Assembly (NCBI GenBank): GCA_964247055.1
Contig: OZ176060.1
Span: 868,001 to 932,000, forward strand
Source: Paragordius varius
Lineage: Eukaryota; Animalia; Nematomorpha
Length of the DNA: 64,000 nucleotides
Direction of reading: 5' to 3'
Part shown: in pieces, positions 14,746 through 27,934 of the stretch
Layout of the letters: every line of letters begins with the position of its first letter
How positions within the stretch are numbered: position 1 is the stretch's first letter
Program-made: the position numbers and the translations under genes
The notes under the pieces: model-generated
The model's input: only the letters and a program-made list of their open reading frames with translations
The model's database searches: none
Told to the model about the DNA's origin: nothing

Positions 14746-17700
14746 TTTTTTTATGACTAGACAATTACCAAATGATAGATATTTTACAAAATTTCAAAAT
14801 AAATTCCATCTTTAAGAAGAATTATTTATAAAACTCAAAAATAAAAAAGTTTTTATGACTGGAAAATTACCAAATAATAGCTATTTTACAAAATTTCAAA
14901 AATAAATTCCATCTTTTAGAAGAATTATTTATAATAGTTAATAAAAGGTTTTTTTGACTGGAAAATTACCAAATAATAGCTAATATGAAATTTCATAAAT
15001 TTAATAATAAATTCCATCTTTTAAATTTAAAAGAAGAATTATTTATAAAACTCGAAAATTTAAAATCAATTCTTGTTAAATAAATAAATTTCTTCAAAAA
15101 AAATCAAAAAATAAACATTTTGATTTATTAATAAAAAGGTTTTTTTAGATGATAAAAATTACCAAATAATAGCTAATATGAAATCTCACAAAATTTTCAA
15201 TAATATTCATTCCATCTTTTAAATTTAAAAAGAATTATCTAAAACAAAGAAATACTCTAGAAAATATAATTATTTCTTGTTAAATAAATGATTTTCTTTT
15301 AAAAATACTCCATCTTTTAAATCTTAGAAGAATTATTTAAAACTAAAAGAAATCTAAAATCATATGTTAAATTAATCATTTTTTGTTAAATAAATAAATT
15401 TCTTTAAAAAAAATCAAAAAATAAACGTTTTGATTTATTAATAAAAAGTTTTTTTGACTGAAAAATTACCAAATAATAATTAATAAAAAATAAAATCTAA
15501 CAAATTTTTAAAAATAAATTCCATCTTTAAGAAGAATTATTTATAAAACTCGAAATTAAAAAGTTTTTTTTTGAATAAATAAATTTTTTTTTAAAAGATT
15601 TATTTAAAAAAATCCAAAAATAAGCGTTTTGATTGATTGGGAAAAAGTTTTTTTGATTGATGAAAATTCCCAAATAATAGATATACAAAAATTTCAAAAA
15701 TATTCATTCCATCTTTAAGAAGAATTATTTATAAAACTCAAAAATAAAAAAGTTTTTTTGAAATGGAAAATTACCAAATAATAGCTAATATGAAATTTTA
15801 TAAACTTTCAAAATAAATTTTTCTTTAAGAAGAATTATTTAAAAAACTAAAAAATAAAAGGTTTTCAAAACTAAAATCATTTCTTGTTAAATGAATAAAT
15901 TTTTCTTTTAAAAATGCTCTTTTAAATGCAAAACGTTTTAATTTTTTAATAAAAAGGTTTTTTTTGATTGGAAAATAACAAATAATAGCTAATATGAAAT
16001 CTTATAAACTTTCAAAAATATTCATTTTATCTTTTAAATTTAAAAGAATTATCTAAAACAAAAAACTCTAGAAAATTAAAATCAATTCTTTTTAAATTAA
16101 TAATTTTTTTTAAAAATCCAAAAATAATCTTTATAATAGTTAATAAAAGGTTTTTTTATGAATTAAAAAGGTTATTTTAACTGGAAAATTACCAAATAAT
16201 AGTTAATAAGAAATCTCATAATAAAAATAAATTCAATCTTTTAAATTTAAAGAATTATTTAAAACAAAAAAATCTCGAAAACTAAAATCATTTCTTGTTA
16301 AATGAATATATAAATTATTCTTTTAAAAATGCTCTTTTAAATGCAAAACGTTTTGATTTTTAAATAAAAAGGTTTTTTTGATTGATGAAAATTACCAAAT
16401 AATAGATATTTTACAAAATTTCAAAAATATTCCATCTTTAAGAAGAATTATTTATAAAACTCGAAAATAAAAGGTTTTTTTTGATTAGAAAATTACCAAA
16501 TAATAGTTAATATGAAATCTCATAATTTTCCAAAATATTTATTCCATCTTTTAATAAATCTAAGAAGAATTATCTAAAACAAAGAGGTCTCAAAAACTAA
16601 AATCAATTCTTGTTAAATAAAAATTTCTTTTAAAAAAAATCAAAAAATTCAAAAATAATTTCCATCTTTAAGAAAATTATTTATAAAACTCGAAAATAAA
16701 AAAATTTTTTTGATTGATGAAAATTACCAAATAATAGATATTTTACAAATTTTCAAAAATATTTATTCCATTTTTAAATTTAAAATAAGAAATTTTTATA
16801 AAACTCAAAAATAAAAATTTTTTTTACTGGAAAATTACCAATTAATATGAAATGTCATAAACTTTTAAAAATAAATTCCATCTTTTAAATTTAAAAAGAA
16901 TTATCTAAAACAAAGAGGTCTCAAAAACTAAAATCATTTCTTGTTGAAAGAATAAATTTTTTCAAAATAAATTTTGTTTAAAAATGGAAAATTACCAAAT
17001 AATCTCATAATTTTCAAAAATATTTATTCCATCTTTTAATAAATCTTAGAAGAATTATTTAAAACAAAAAACTCTAGAAATTAAAATTTGTTAAATTAAA
17101 AGGTTTTTTTTTTAAAATAAAAAATTTTTTTAAAAAAAATTTAAAAAAATGCAAAACGTTTCGATTGATTGGGAAAAGGTTTATTGGAAAATTACCAAAT
17201 AATAGATATTTTACAAAATTTTAAAAATAAATTCTATCTTTAAGAAGAATTAAAAAATTTAAAATTGCAAATTTTTCTTTAAGGAAAATTACTAAATAAT
17301 AGATATATTACAAAATTTTAAAAATAAATTCCATCTTTAAGTAAGAATTATTTATAAAACTCAAAAATAAAAGAGGTTTTTTTGAATGTAAAATTACCAA
17401 ATAATAGATATTTTACAAAATTTTAAAATTCAAAAATATTTGAAATAAATTCCATCTTTTAAATTTATAAGAAGAATTATTTATAAAATTCAAAAATAAA
17501 AGGTTTTTTAGATTATTGAAAATTACCAAATAATAGCTAATATGAAATCTCACAAATTTTCAAAAATATTCCTTCCATTTCGAAAAACTAAATCAATTCT
17601 TGAGAATAAATTTTTATTTTAAAAAAATCCAAAAATACAAAACGTTTTGATTTTTTAAAAAAAAAGTTTTTTTAACTGAAAAATTACTAAATAATAGCTA

Positions 17701-20090
17701 ATATATAAAATTTCAAAAATATTCATTCCATCTTTAAAAAGAATTATTTATAAAACTCAAAAATAAAAAGGTTTTTTTTGACTGGTAAATTACCAAATAA
17801 TAGATATTTTACAAAATTTCAAAAATATTTATTCTATCTTTAAGAAGAATTATTTATAAAACTCGAAAATAAAAAGTTTTTTTGATTGATAAAAATTGCC
17901 AAATAATAGCTAATATAAAATCTCACAAATTTTCAAAAATATTCATTCCATCTTTCAAATTTAAAAGAAGAATTATCTAATACAAAGAAATATTCTAGAA
18001 AATTAAAATCATTTCTTGTTAAATTAAGAATAAATTTTTCTTTTAAAAAGGCTCTTTTAAATGCAAAATGTTTTGATTTTTTAATAAAAAGGTTTTTTTG
18101 ATTGGAAAATTACCAAATAATAGATATTTTACAAAATTTCAAAAATTAATTCCATCTTTAAGAAGAATTAGTTATAAAACTCGAAAATAAAAAAGTTTTT
18201 TTTGATTGATGAAAATTACCAAATAATAATTAATGTGAAATCTCATAATTTTAATAATAAATTCCATTTTTTAAATCTAAAAGAAAAATTATCTAAAACA
18301 AAGAAATACTCTAGAAAATTAAATCAATTCTTGTTAAATGAATAAATAATTTTTTTAAAAAATATGAAAACGCTTTGATTTATTAATAATAAGTTTTTTT
18401 TGACTGGAAAATCTACCAAATAATAGTTTATATGAAATCTCATAATTTTTAAAATATTTATTCCATCTTTTATATTTAAAAGAAGAATTATCTAAAACAA
18501 AAAGGTCTTCAAAAATTAAAATCAATTCTTGTTAAATGAATAATTTTTTTAAAAATGCTCTTTTAAATGCAAAACGTTTTGATTGATTGGGAAAAAGTTT
18601 TTTTTGATTGGAAAATTACTAAATAATAGATATTTTACAAAATTTCAAAAATAAATTCCATCTTTAAGAAGAATTATTTATAAAACTCGAAAAAAAAAAG
18701 TTTTTTGACTGGAAAATTACCAAATAATAGCTAATATGAAATCTTATACAACTTTCAAAATATGCCCTCTTTTAAAATTAAAAGAATTATTCTTATCTAA
18801 AACAAAAAGTCTAGAAAATTAAAATCTATTCTTTTTAGATGAATATTTCTTTTTAAATGCTCTAATGATTAATAAAAAGTTTTTTGATTAAAAAAAATTT
18901 TTTTTGACTGGAAAATTACCAAATAATAGATATTTTACAAAATTTTAAAAATAAATTCCATCTTTAAGAAGAATTATTTATAAAATCCAAAAATAAAAAT
19001 TATTCTGATCTAAATCATTTCTTGTTGAAAAAAATAATTTTTTTTTTAAAATTTCAAAAATAAATTTCATCTTTTAAATTTTCAAAAATATTAATTAAAG
19101 ATTTCAAAACTAAAATCAATTCTTGTTAAATCATTTCTTGTTGAATAAATAAATTTTTTTAAAATTGCTCTCTTAAATGCAAAACGTTTTGATTGATTGG
19201 GAAAAGGTTTAGTTTTTTTGATTGATGAAAATCTACCAAATAATAGATATTTTAAGAAATTTCAAAAATATCTAAAAATTTAGAAGTATCTATAATAAAA
19301 ATCTAGAAAATTATTTCATTACTTGTTAAATTAATAATTTATATAAAAAAATTCAAAAATAATCTTTTAAAACTCGAAAATAAAAAGGTCTACTCTAAAA
19401 CTAAAATCATTTTTTGCTTTTAATAAATATTTCTTTTAAAAATGCTCTTTTAAATGCAAAACGTTTTGATTGATTGGGAAAAAAGATTTTTTTTTGATTG
19501 GAAAATTTCCAAATAATAGATATTTTACAAAATTTCAAAATAAATTCTATCTTTAAGAAAGAACTCTCATAAACTAAAATCATTTCTTGTTAAACTAATA
19601 ATTTTTCTTTTAAAAATGATTTTTTAAATGCAAAACGTTTTGATTTATTAATAAAAAGGATTTTGACTAGAAAATTACCAAATAATAGTTAATATGAAAT
19701 CTCAAAATTTTGAAAAATATTTATTCCATCTTTTAAATTTAAAAGAAGAATTATCTAAAACAAAAAGGTCTCGAAAACTAAAATCAATTTTTGTTAAATA
19801 AATAATTTTTTTTTAAAAATGCTCTTTTAAATGAAAATTACTAAATAATAGATATTTTACAAAATTTCAAAAATTAGTTCCATCTTTTAAATTTAAAAGA
19901 ACAATTATCTAAAACAAAAAGGTTTTTTAAATATTAAAATCATTTCTTGTTAAATAAATAAATAAATATATCTTTTAAGATTTTTTTTAAAATCAAAACG
20001 TTTTGATTGATTGGGAAAAATTGTTTTTTTTTGACTGTAAAATTACCAAATAATAGCTAATATAAAATCTCATAATTTTCAAAATAATAT
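14746..20090 (+). repeat. Satellite family A, block 3
   Basis: Same A modules, same orientation. Confidence 0.95.
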
Positions 20091-20871
20091 TCTAATTTTT
20101 TATCTTAAAAAACCTATATTATATTTGAGGGTAAATTTGAATTGTTTAAGGGTAAATTTAAATTCTAATGGTATATAAATCAAGTATATAGAAATTTTTA
20201 TTTTTTAAAAATATATTAAAATATAGGTAATTTTTTATCTTAAAAAACATATTTTTTATATTTGAGGGTGAATTTGAATTGTTTAAGGGTGAATTTGAAT
20301 TGTAATGGTATATAAATTAAGTATATAGAAATTTTTATTTTATAAAATATATTAAAATATAGGTAATTTTTAATCTTAAAAAACATATATTTTATTTGAG
20401 GGTGAATTTGAATTGTTCAAGGGTAATTTTGAATTGTAATGGTATATAAATCAAGTAAATAGAAATTTTTATTTATAAAAATATATTAAAATATAGGTAA
20501 TTTTTTATCTTAAAAAACATATTTTTTATATTTGAGGGTAAATTTGAATTGTAATGGCATATTTTATTATTTTTTCAGTATTCAAAATTTTTATTTTTAT
20601 AAAAATATATTAAAATATAGGTATTTTTTTCATCTTAAAAAACATATATTTTATTTGAGGGTGAATTTGAATTGTTTAAGGGTGAATTTGAATTGTAATG
20701 GTATATAAATCAAGTATATAGAAATTTTTATTTATAAAAATATATTCTAAAATATATTAAAATATAGGTAATTTTTTATCTTAAAAAACATATATTTTAT
20801 TTGAGGGTGAATTTGAACTCTAATGGTATATAAATTTTTATTTAAAACAAAATTTTTATTTATAAAAATAT

Positions 20872-23409
20872 CACTAGACAACAAATTTTTTGGCCAAATG
20901 AGATTATTTTCGTTTTAGTTAGCTAATAGTATACTTATACCAAAAATTTAAAAAAAAATGGGCTACTTGAAAGGATTTTTCAAAAAATAAATTTTTCTGT
21001 TTTTTGAAAAAACGGTAATTTAACAAGTTAATCAAAGATATCAACTACAAAACTGCTTTATATGTAGACAGATTATATATCAATCGATAGAGAGTAATCG
21101 ATTATATATAAAAAATATAAAGATAAATGATTTTAATTAATATGCTTATAAAATTTCAATTTAAAATAGCAAAAATTAACGTTTTTTTGTGAGCGAAAAT
21201 CTTAAACTGTAAAGTTTGCTAAAAAATTACGGTAAATAACAATTTTTAACTAATAAACATTGCTCTTTCAGAATAAAGAAATATTTTTTCTGTATAAAAA
21301 GTTTTTGTCGCTTTTATGAGGTGATTTTCATTTGCAGTGATGTGTTAAATTTTATTAAAATATATACAAAAATACTTTCCTAGTGCATTAATGTATAAGT
21401 TTTTAAATCAAATCGTTGATACGAGCGAGATCCCGCAAGCAGGTATTTATCCTTATAATATAGAACGCAACTGCAAAAATGATCCGAACAATTTTTGTAT
21501 GTGCTGCGGAAGAACAATATTAATGGTTTAATGGAAGAAATTAACATAAATTATAATCCCGAGGACTGGGCATTATTATAAGATTCCAACATGGTTAAAA
21601 AAATATTCATAATATTAGGTAAGCTTGAAATTCATATTGGTGAATATACAGGATAACAAGTATCTTTTAATAATTGGGTATGCCAGGGCTGCCAAAGAAT
21701 CATATGAAATTTTCAAAAAAATTATAGAGTGTGTGAATTATACAAGGGATAATTGGAACGTTATTGGTGACTTTAAAGTAGCTAAAAATTAACATTTAGG
21801 TTTTATTGATGATTGCCGGCTTGCAGGGTGGGTTACCTAAGTACCACTGTATATTTTGTCTGTGGAACAGCAGGGAGCGTGACTTACACTATCGAACGAA
21901 AGACTGGGGTTCCAGAGTCTTCACAATTGGATTGCATAATTGTGTGAGGGAACCCCTCATTGATATAAAGAAAGTGTACATCCCCTGCCTACATATAGCA
22001 CTGGGACTCTTTTCAATATTTATTAAAAACTTGGATAAAACATCCAAATCGTTTATTTATTTTCAATCTAAACATAAACTCACCAAGGCTAAGGCAGAGG
22101 CCGGAGTGGTGACGGGGCCGGTGATGAAAAAAATATTTACAGATACATATTTTTTTGAACTACTTAATGAGAAAAATAGGCTAGCATTTGATGCTATGCA
22201 AAAATTTGATTCTGGGTTCTTAGGTTTGTATATTATAATATGTATAGGATCTTACAAATCGCCACGATATCTAGAGTTGGCAGAAAATTTAATAAGAAGT
22301 TTTCAGGATATGGGTAACTCAATATAGGTTGTCAAATGTCCATGAAAATGCACATGGTGGATGAGCACCTCAAGAATTTTCCCTTTAACAATATATCTGA
22401 CCAAATCGGGGAAAGAATGCATCAGGACCTGAAGATATTTGAAAAAAGATATAATAATAAAAATACTATTAATATGATATCTGATTTTATTTGGAATCAT
22501 ACATAATTTTTATATATTTATATGCCACCTATATGTATTTACAATAAATAAATGTATTGAAATTGTATTTATTTTGAAATCGATTTATTTAGCGTAAATA
22601 AATTGCTCTGTACAATATGTGATAAAAATCTTAATAATATGTTTCTCTGTTTAGTTTATTGAATATAATCTATAGATATCCATCAATTTATTTGAACAAT
22701 AAATAGGTTTGAGTTTTCAGATTTGTGTAAATTAAAAATTTCTTCACATAAATAGGATACCATAATCAATAAGTTTACGTAATATATGTGATTAATCCAT
22801 TTTCTATGATAATTACTCGGCCTATATATAAATGTTAATTTTACCATATCCATCTCGTTCAAATTTAAAAAAATATAAATATACACAAGGAAAATAGATT
22901 TTGCATAAAATTGGATTGGGTTCTCCGTTACTGATGTACTTAAATTGGTTCATAACTTTAAGTTAAAATTAAAATTGAACAAAAAAATATATATATTCTA
23001 AAAGCTGATGCTTTAATCTATAAATTAAATACGTTATCATTACACTGAGACATATTTACAAACGTTTGTGATGAGCTTGTAAAAAAGCAAAAAATTTAAC
23101 TATTATTCTCTTAATTCAAGATTTTTAATAAAGGCTTTCATAATATATTTATATGTAAAAGATAGAGTTTTTTATGCTTTATTTAATGATATAAGTTTCA
23201 TATTTTTTAATATTTTTCTCTCTAATAAAATATTTTATAAAGCGTCCGATTTATTGATTATTTTAAAATTTACAAAATATTAATTTTCTCAAAATCTATG
23301 CAAGCCAGGTCAAAAATTTTTTCGGATTCGGATTCTGAACAGTATACTTGATTAAATTTCCGATTTTTACAAATGGCTGTTAAAAAAAGTCAAAATTTGT
23401 TGTCTAGTG
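20872..23409 (+). mobile_element. CMC superfamily (Chapaev-3-like) DNA transposon, internally deleted, 2538 bp
   Basis: Perfect 18-bp TIRs CACTAGACAACAAATTTT (20872-20889) / AAAATTTGTTGTCTAGTG (23392-23409). TAT on both flanks (20869-20871, 23410-23412; candidate 3-bp TSD in an AT-rich context). Subterminal palindrome AGTATACT at both ends (20928-20935, 23341-23348). Contains a DDE transposase remnant. CAC...GTG termini are typical of Chapaev/CACTA. Confidence 0.9.
21391..22506 (+). pseudogene. Chapaev-3-type DDE transposase, spliced, defective
   Basis: Predicted exons 21391-21442, 21464-21593, 21619-21777, 21800-22223, 22248-22313, 22328-22506. Motifs: N-terminal CKNDPNNFCMCCG; GLMEE..YNPEDWALL*DS (D1 21582); WNVIGDFK (D2 21769); GLQGG.PKY.C.FC.W.SR; P.LHIALGL; MGCQMSMKMH; SDQIGERMHQD (E 22411); end ISDFIWNHT*. 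Lesions are a frameshifting deletion junction at ~21512 and an in-frame TAA at 21579-21581. Confidence 0.88.
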
Positions 23410-23656
23410 TATTTAAATATAGTAATTTTTTATCTTTTGAAAAAACATATATTTTATTTTAGGGTGAATTTGAATTGTTCAAGGGTGAATTTAAATTAAG
23501 TATATATAGAAATTTTTATTTGTAAATCAATCAAATATGATTTTTACATTGTAATCAAAATGTTTTTTATAAAAGAAATAAAAAAACTATGGTTGTTTTT
23601 CGAAAAAAAAATATATTTTTACATTTTGTCCGTATAAATTCGCAGTTTTCACTGTA

Positions 23657-25195
23657 TTTGTTTTCTAAAACAAAACACTTTATTCTTGATAAATCTCTAT
23701 AGATAGAAATTTCAAATTTCAAGTAAAAACTCGAAAAAAATAAGTAAAAGGAAATAATCTAATTAAAATTGATAATAAAAAATAATATTATTCTCTAAAA
23801 AAACACATTTTTTTGGATAAATCTCTTTTACTTAAAAGCTTAACAATATTAAAGTGAGTATATACTTAATTACTCGAGATTTTAATAGAGAAAGGTTTTT
23901 TAATCTAAAATATTCCTGTCCTTTGAAATTCCAAATGAAAACTCAAAAATTTATAAATAAGTAAAAGGAAACAATATAATTGAAATTGATTATACAGTAA
24001 AAATTTAAATTCTACGGAAAAAAAACATAAAAAATATAAAAACAAATATTTTATTCAAAAGACAACCATACTTTTAAAATTTTTATTTTTATATATATAT
24101 ATATACCATTTACAGTTCAAATTCACCCTTGAACAATTAAAATTTACCCTAAAAAGAAATTATGTGTTTTAGAAATAAATATAACTTATTAATTATATAT
24201 GAAATATATCTTTATGGCGCATAGTTTATTATTTTTTCAGTATTATATTATATTTTTTAAAAATATATATTAAAATATAGGTAATTTTTTATCTTAAAAA
24301 CAAATATTTTATTTGAGGATGAATTTGAATTGTTCAAGGGTGAATTTGAATTGTAATGGTATATAAATCAATTATATAGAAATTTTTATTGATAAATTAT
24401 TCAAATAAGTATTTTACATTGTAATCAAATGTTTTTTATAGAAGAAATTAAAAAAGTATGGTTGTTTTTTAAAAAAATATATTTTTTACATTTTGTCCGT
24501 ATAAATTCACAGTTTTCACTGTATTGGTTTTTTAAAACAAAACACTTTTTTTTTCTTAATAAATCTCTATAGATAGAATTTTCAAATTATAAAACTCGAA
24601 AAAATTGAGTAAAAGGAAATAATCTAGAAATTAAAATTGTTAATAATAATATTCTTTTTTAAAATAAAGTTTTTTTTTATAAATATTCTTTTACTTAAAA
24701 GCTTATTTATATTAAAGCGAGTATATACTTAATTACTCAAGTATTTTAAAAGCAAGGTTTTTTTAATTATTCATCTGGCTACCTTGCTCGAGTTAAAGCG
24801 AGATATAGTAATTTCAAGTAAAAACTCGAAAAAATAAAAAAATCTAATTAAAATTCATAATAATAATAATATTATTCTTTAAAATAAACACTTTATTTTT
24901 TAAAATAAGCACTTTATTTTTTAAAAAATCTCTTTTACTTAAAAGCTTCTTAATATTAAAGCGAGTATATTCTAAAATGTGTTTTAAAAAAAAGAAAAAG
25001 GTTTTTTACCTCTAAAAGCTTATTAAATTACAGCGAAATATATTTCAAATAAAAAACTCGAAAATAAAAAGAGTAAAATAAAATAATCTAATTAAAATTG
25101 ATAATAAAAATAATATTATACTTTAAATAAAGTTTTTTTTTATAAATTTTCTTATACCTAAAAGCTTTTTAATATTACAGCGAGTATATACTCTA
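23657..25195 (+). repeat. Satellite family B block (contains C-MITE 23995-24521)
   Basis: B modules as above. Confidence 0.9.
23995..24521. mobile_element. C-MITE, 527 bp
   Basis: TA|CAGTAAAAATTTAAATTCTACGG ... GTCCGTATAAATTCACAGTTTTCACTG|TA. Confidence 0.8.
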
Positions 25196-27480
25196 TTTTA
25201 CAAAATTTCAAAAATAAATTCCATCTTTTAAATTTAAGAAGAATTATCTAAAATAAAGAGGTTTTCAAAACTAAAATCATTTCTTGTTAAATTAATAAAT
25301 TTTTCTTTTAAAAAAATCTAAAAATAATCTTTATAATAGTTAATAAAAAGTTTTTTTTGATTGATGAAAATTACCAAATAATAGCTAATATGAAATTTAA
25401 TAATTTTCAAAATAAATTCCATCTATTAAATTTAAAAGAAGAATTATTTATAAAACTCAAAAATAAAAGGTTTTTTTGATTGGAAAATTACCAAATAATA
25501 GCTAATATGAAATTTTATAATTTTCTTTTAATAATGCTCCATCTTTTAAATTTTAAAGAAGAATTATCTAAAACAAAGAAATACTCTCGAAAACTAAAAT
25601 CAATTCTTGTTAAATGAATAAATTTTTCTTTTAAAAATGCTCTTTTAAATGCAAAATGTTTTAATTGATTGGGAAAAAGATTTTTTTTGAAATAGATATT
25701 TTACAAAATTTTTAAAACTAAATTCCATCTTTAAGAAGAATTATCTAAAATTAAAATCATTTCTTGTTAAATAAATAAATTTTTCTTTTAAAAATGCTCT
25801 TTTAAATGCAAAACGCTTTATAATAGTTAATAAAAGGTTTTTTTTGACTGAAAAATTACCAAATAATAGATATTTTACAAAATTTCAAAAAATATAAATT
25901 CCATCTTTTAAATTTAAAAAAGAATTATTTATAAAACTCAAAAAAAAAAGTTTTTTTGACTGGAAAATTACCAAATAATAGCTAATATGAAATTTCATAA
26001 TTTTCAAATATATTTATTCCATCTTTTAAATTTAAAAGAAAAATTATCTAAAACAAAGAAATACTCTAGAAAATTAAAATCATTTCTTGTTAAATTAATG
26101 TTAAATAAATAAATATATTTAAAAAATGATCTTTTAAATGCAAAATGTTTTGATTGATTGGGAAAAAGAATTTTAGAAAATTACCAAATAATAGATATTT
26201 TACAAAATTTTCAAAAATATTTTCCATCTTTTAAATTTAAGAAGAAATATCTAAAATAAAGAGGTCTAAAAAATAAAATCATTTCTTGTTAAATGAAATT
26301 TTTTTTAAAATATGCAAAATTTTCAATTTATTAATAAAAATCCAAAAATAATCTTTATAATAGTTAATAAAAAGTTTTTTTGTTTGATGAAAATTATTAA
26401 ATAATAGATATTTTACAAAAATTTCAAAAATAAATTCCATCTTTAAGAAGAATTATTTATAAAACTCAAAAATAAAAAGATTTTTTTTGACTGGAAAATT
26501 ACCAAATAATAGTTATGTCACAAATTTTCAAAAATATTTCTTTATAATCTCAAAAGAATTATCTAAAACAAAGAGGTCTTCAAAAATTCAAATTAAAATC
26601 ATTTCTTGTTAAATTCTTGTTGAATTAATAAATTTTTTTAAAAAAATTCAAAAATAAAAGTTTTGATTAATAAAAAGGTTTTTTTGATTAATGAAAATTA
26701 CCAAATAATAGCTAATATGAAATTTTATAAACTTTCAAAATAAATTCCATCTTTTAAATTTAAAAGAAGAATTATTTATAAAACTCAAAAAAAAAGGTTT
26801 TTTTGAATGGAAAATTACCAAATAATATGAAATTAATAAATTTTTCTATTAATCTTAAAAGAAGACTTATCTAAAACAAAAAGGTTTTATAATCTAAAAT
26901 CATTTCTTGTTAAATGAATAAATTTTTCTTTTAAAAATGCAATAAATTATAAAAAAAGGTTTTTTTGATTGATGAAAATTACCAAATAATAGTTAATATG
27001 AAATCTCATAATTTCAAAAATAAATTCCATCTTTTAAATTTGAATATTTCTGGTTAAATTAATAAATTTCTTTAAAAAATTGAAAAATAAAAAAGTTCTT
27101 ATTGATTAATAAAAAGATTTTATAAACTGGAAAATTACCAAATAATAGATATATCATAATTTAAATAAATTCCATCTTTAAGAAGAATTATTTATAAAAC
27201 ACAAGAAATAAAATCATTTCTTGTTAAATAAATAAATTTTCTTTTAAGTAAATTGAAAAATAACCTAGAAATCTCATAATTTTCAAAAATATTCCATCTT
27301 TTAAATCTAATTTAAAACGAAAAACTCTAGAAAATTAAATCTATTCTTGTTTAATGAATAAATTTTTCTTTTAAAAATGCTCTTTTAAATGAAAAATGTT
27401 TCGATTGATTGGGAAAAAGGTTTTAACTGGAAAATACCAAATAATAGATATGTCATAATTTTCAAAATAAATTCCATCTT
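25196..27480 (+). repeat. Satellite family A, block 4
   Basis: A modules. Confidence 0.92.
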
Positions 27481-27930
27481 TGATAATAAAAATAATATTA
27501 TTCTTTAAATAAAGATTTTTTTTTATAAATTTTCTTTTACTTAAAAGATTATCAATATTACAGCGAGTATTTACTACATTACTCAAGTATTTTAAGACAA
27601 AAATTTGAAAAAAAGTAGTAAAAGGAAAGATCTAATTAAAATTGATAATAATAATAATAATAAAAATAAAATCTATGTTACAGTGAGTATATTAATTAAT
27701 GAAGTATTTTAAAAAAGGTTTTTTTTTCATAAAATATTCCTGTGGGTTTCCTTTGAAATTAAAATTTCAAGTAAAAACTCGAAAAAATAAGTAAAAGGAA
27801 ACAATTTAGAAATTTAATATGCAAATTTTAATAATAATAATTTATTCTCTAAAACAAAACACTTTTTTTATAAATCTCTTTTACTTAAAAGCTTCTTAAT
27901 ATTACAGCGAGTATATACTTAATTATTTTT
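27481..27930 (+). repeat. Satellite family B, short block
   Basis: Three CAG(C/T)GAGTAT cores with AAGTAAAAGGAAA modules. Confidence 0.88.
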
Positions 27931-27934
27931 AAAA

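Larger units (their letters stand above)
20094..23654. mobile_element. C-MITE, left-truncated copy with expanded ~120-bp internal repeats, interrupted by the Chapaev element
   Basis: About 6-7 internal units (AAAATATAGGTAATTTTTTATCTT...GAGGGTGAATTTGAATTG...TAATGGTATATA) at 20094-20871. They resume at 23410 and end at TTTTGTCCGTATAAATTCGCAGTTTTCACTG|TA (23654). Confidence 0.8.

Noticed and set aside
21806-22327. The 173-aa ORF as a complete gene
   Set aside because: It is only the unspliced middle of the transposase. It starts at TTG after an intron, reads through a 24-nt intron, and stops at the acceptor TAG of the last intron.
21579-22560. Ciliate code (TAA/TAG=Gln) to read through the in-frame TAA
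   Set aside because: The position normally holds a hydrophobic residue, the other Gln codons are CAR, and eIF1 terminates at TAG in the conserved place.
22303-22886. Minus-strand ORFs 22303-22500 and 22683-22886
   Set aside because: The first is antisense to the last transposase exon. The second is a low-complexity frame in the element's 3' non-coding region with no recognisable motif.
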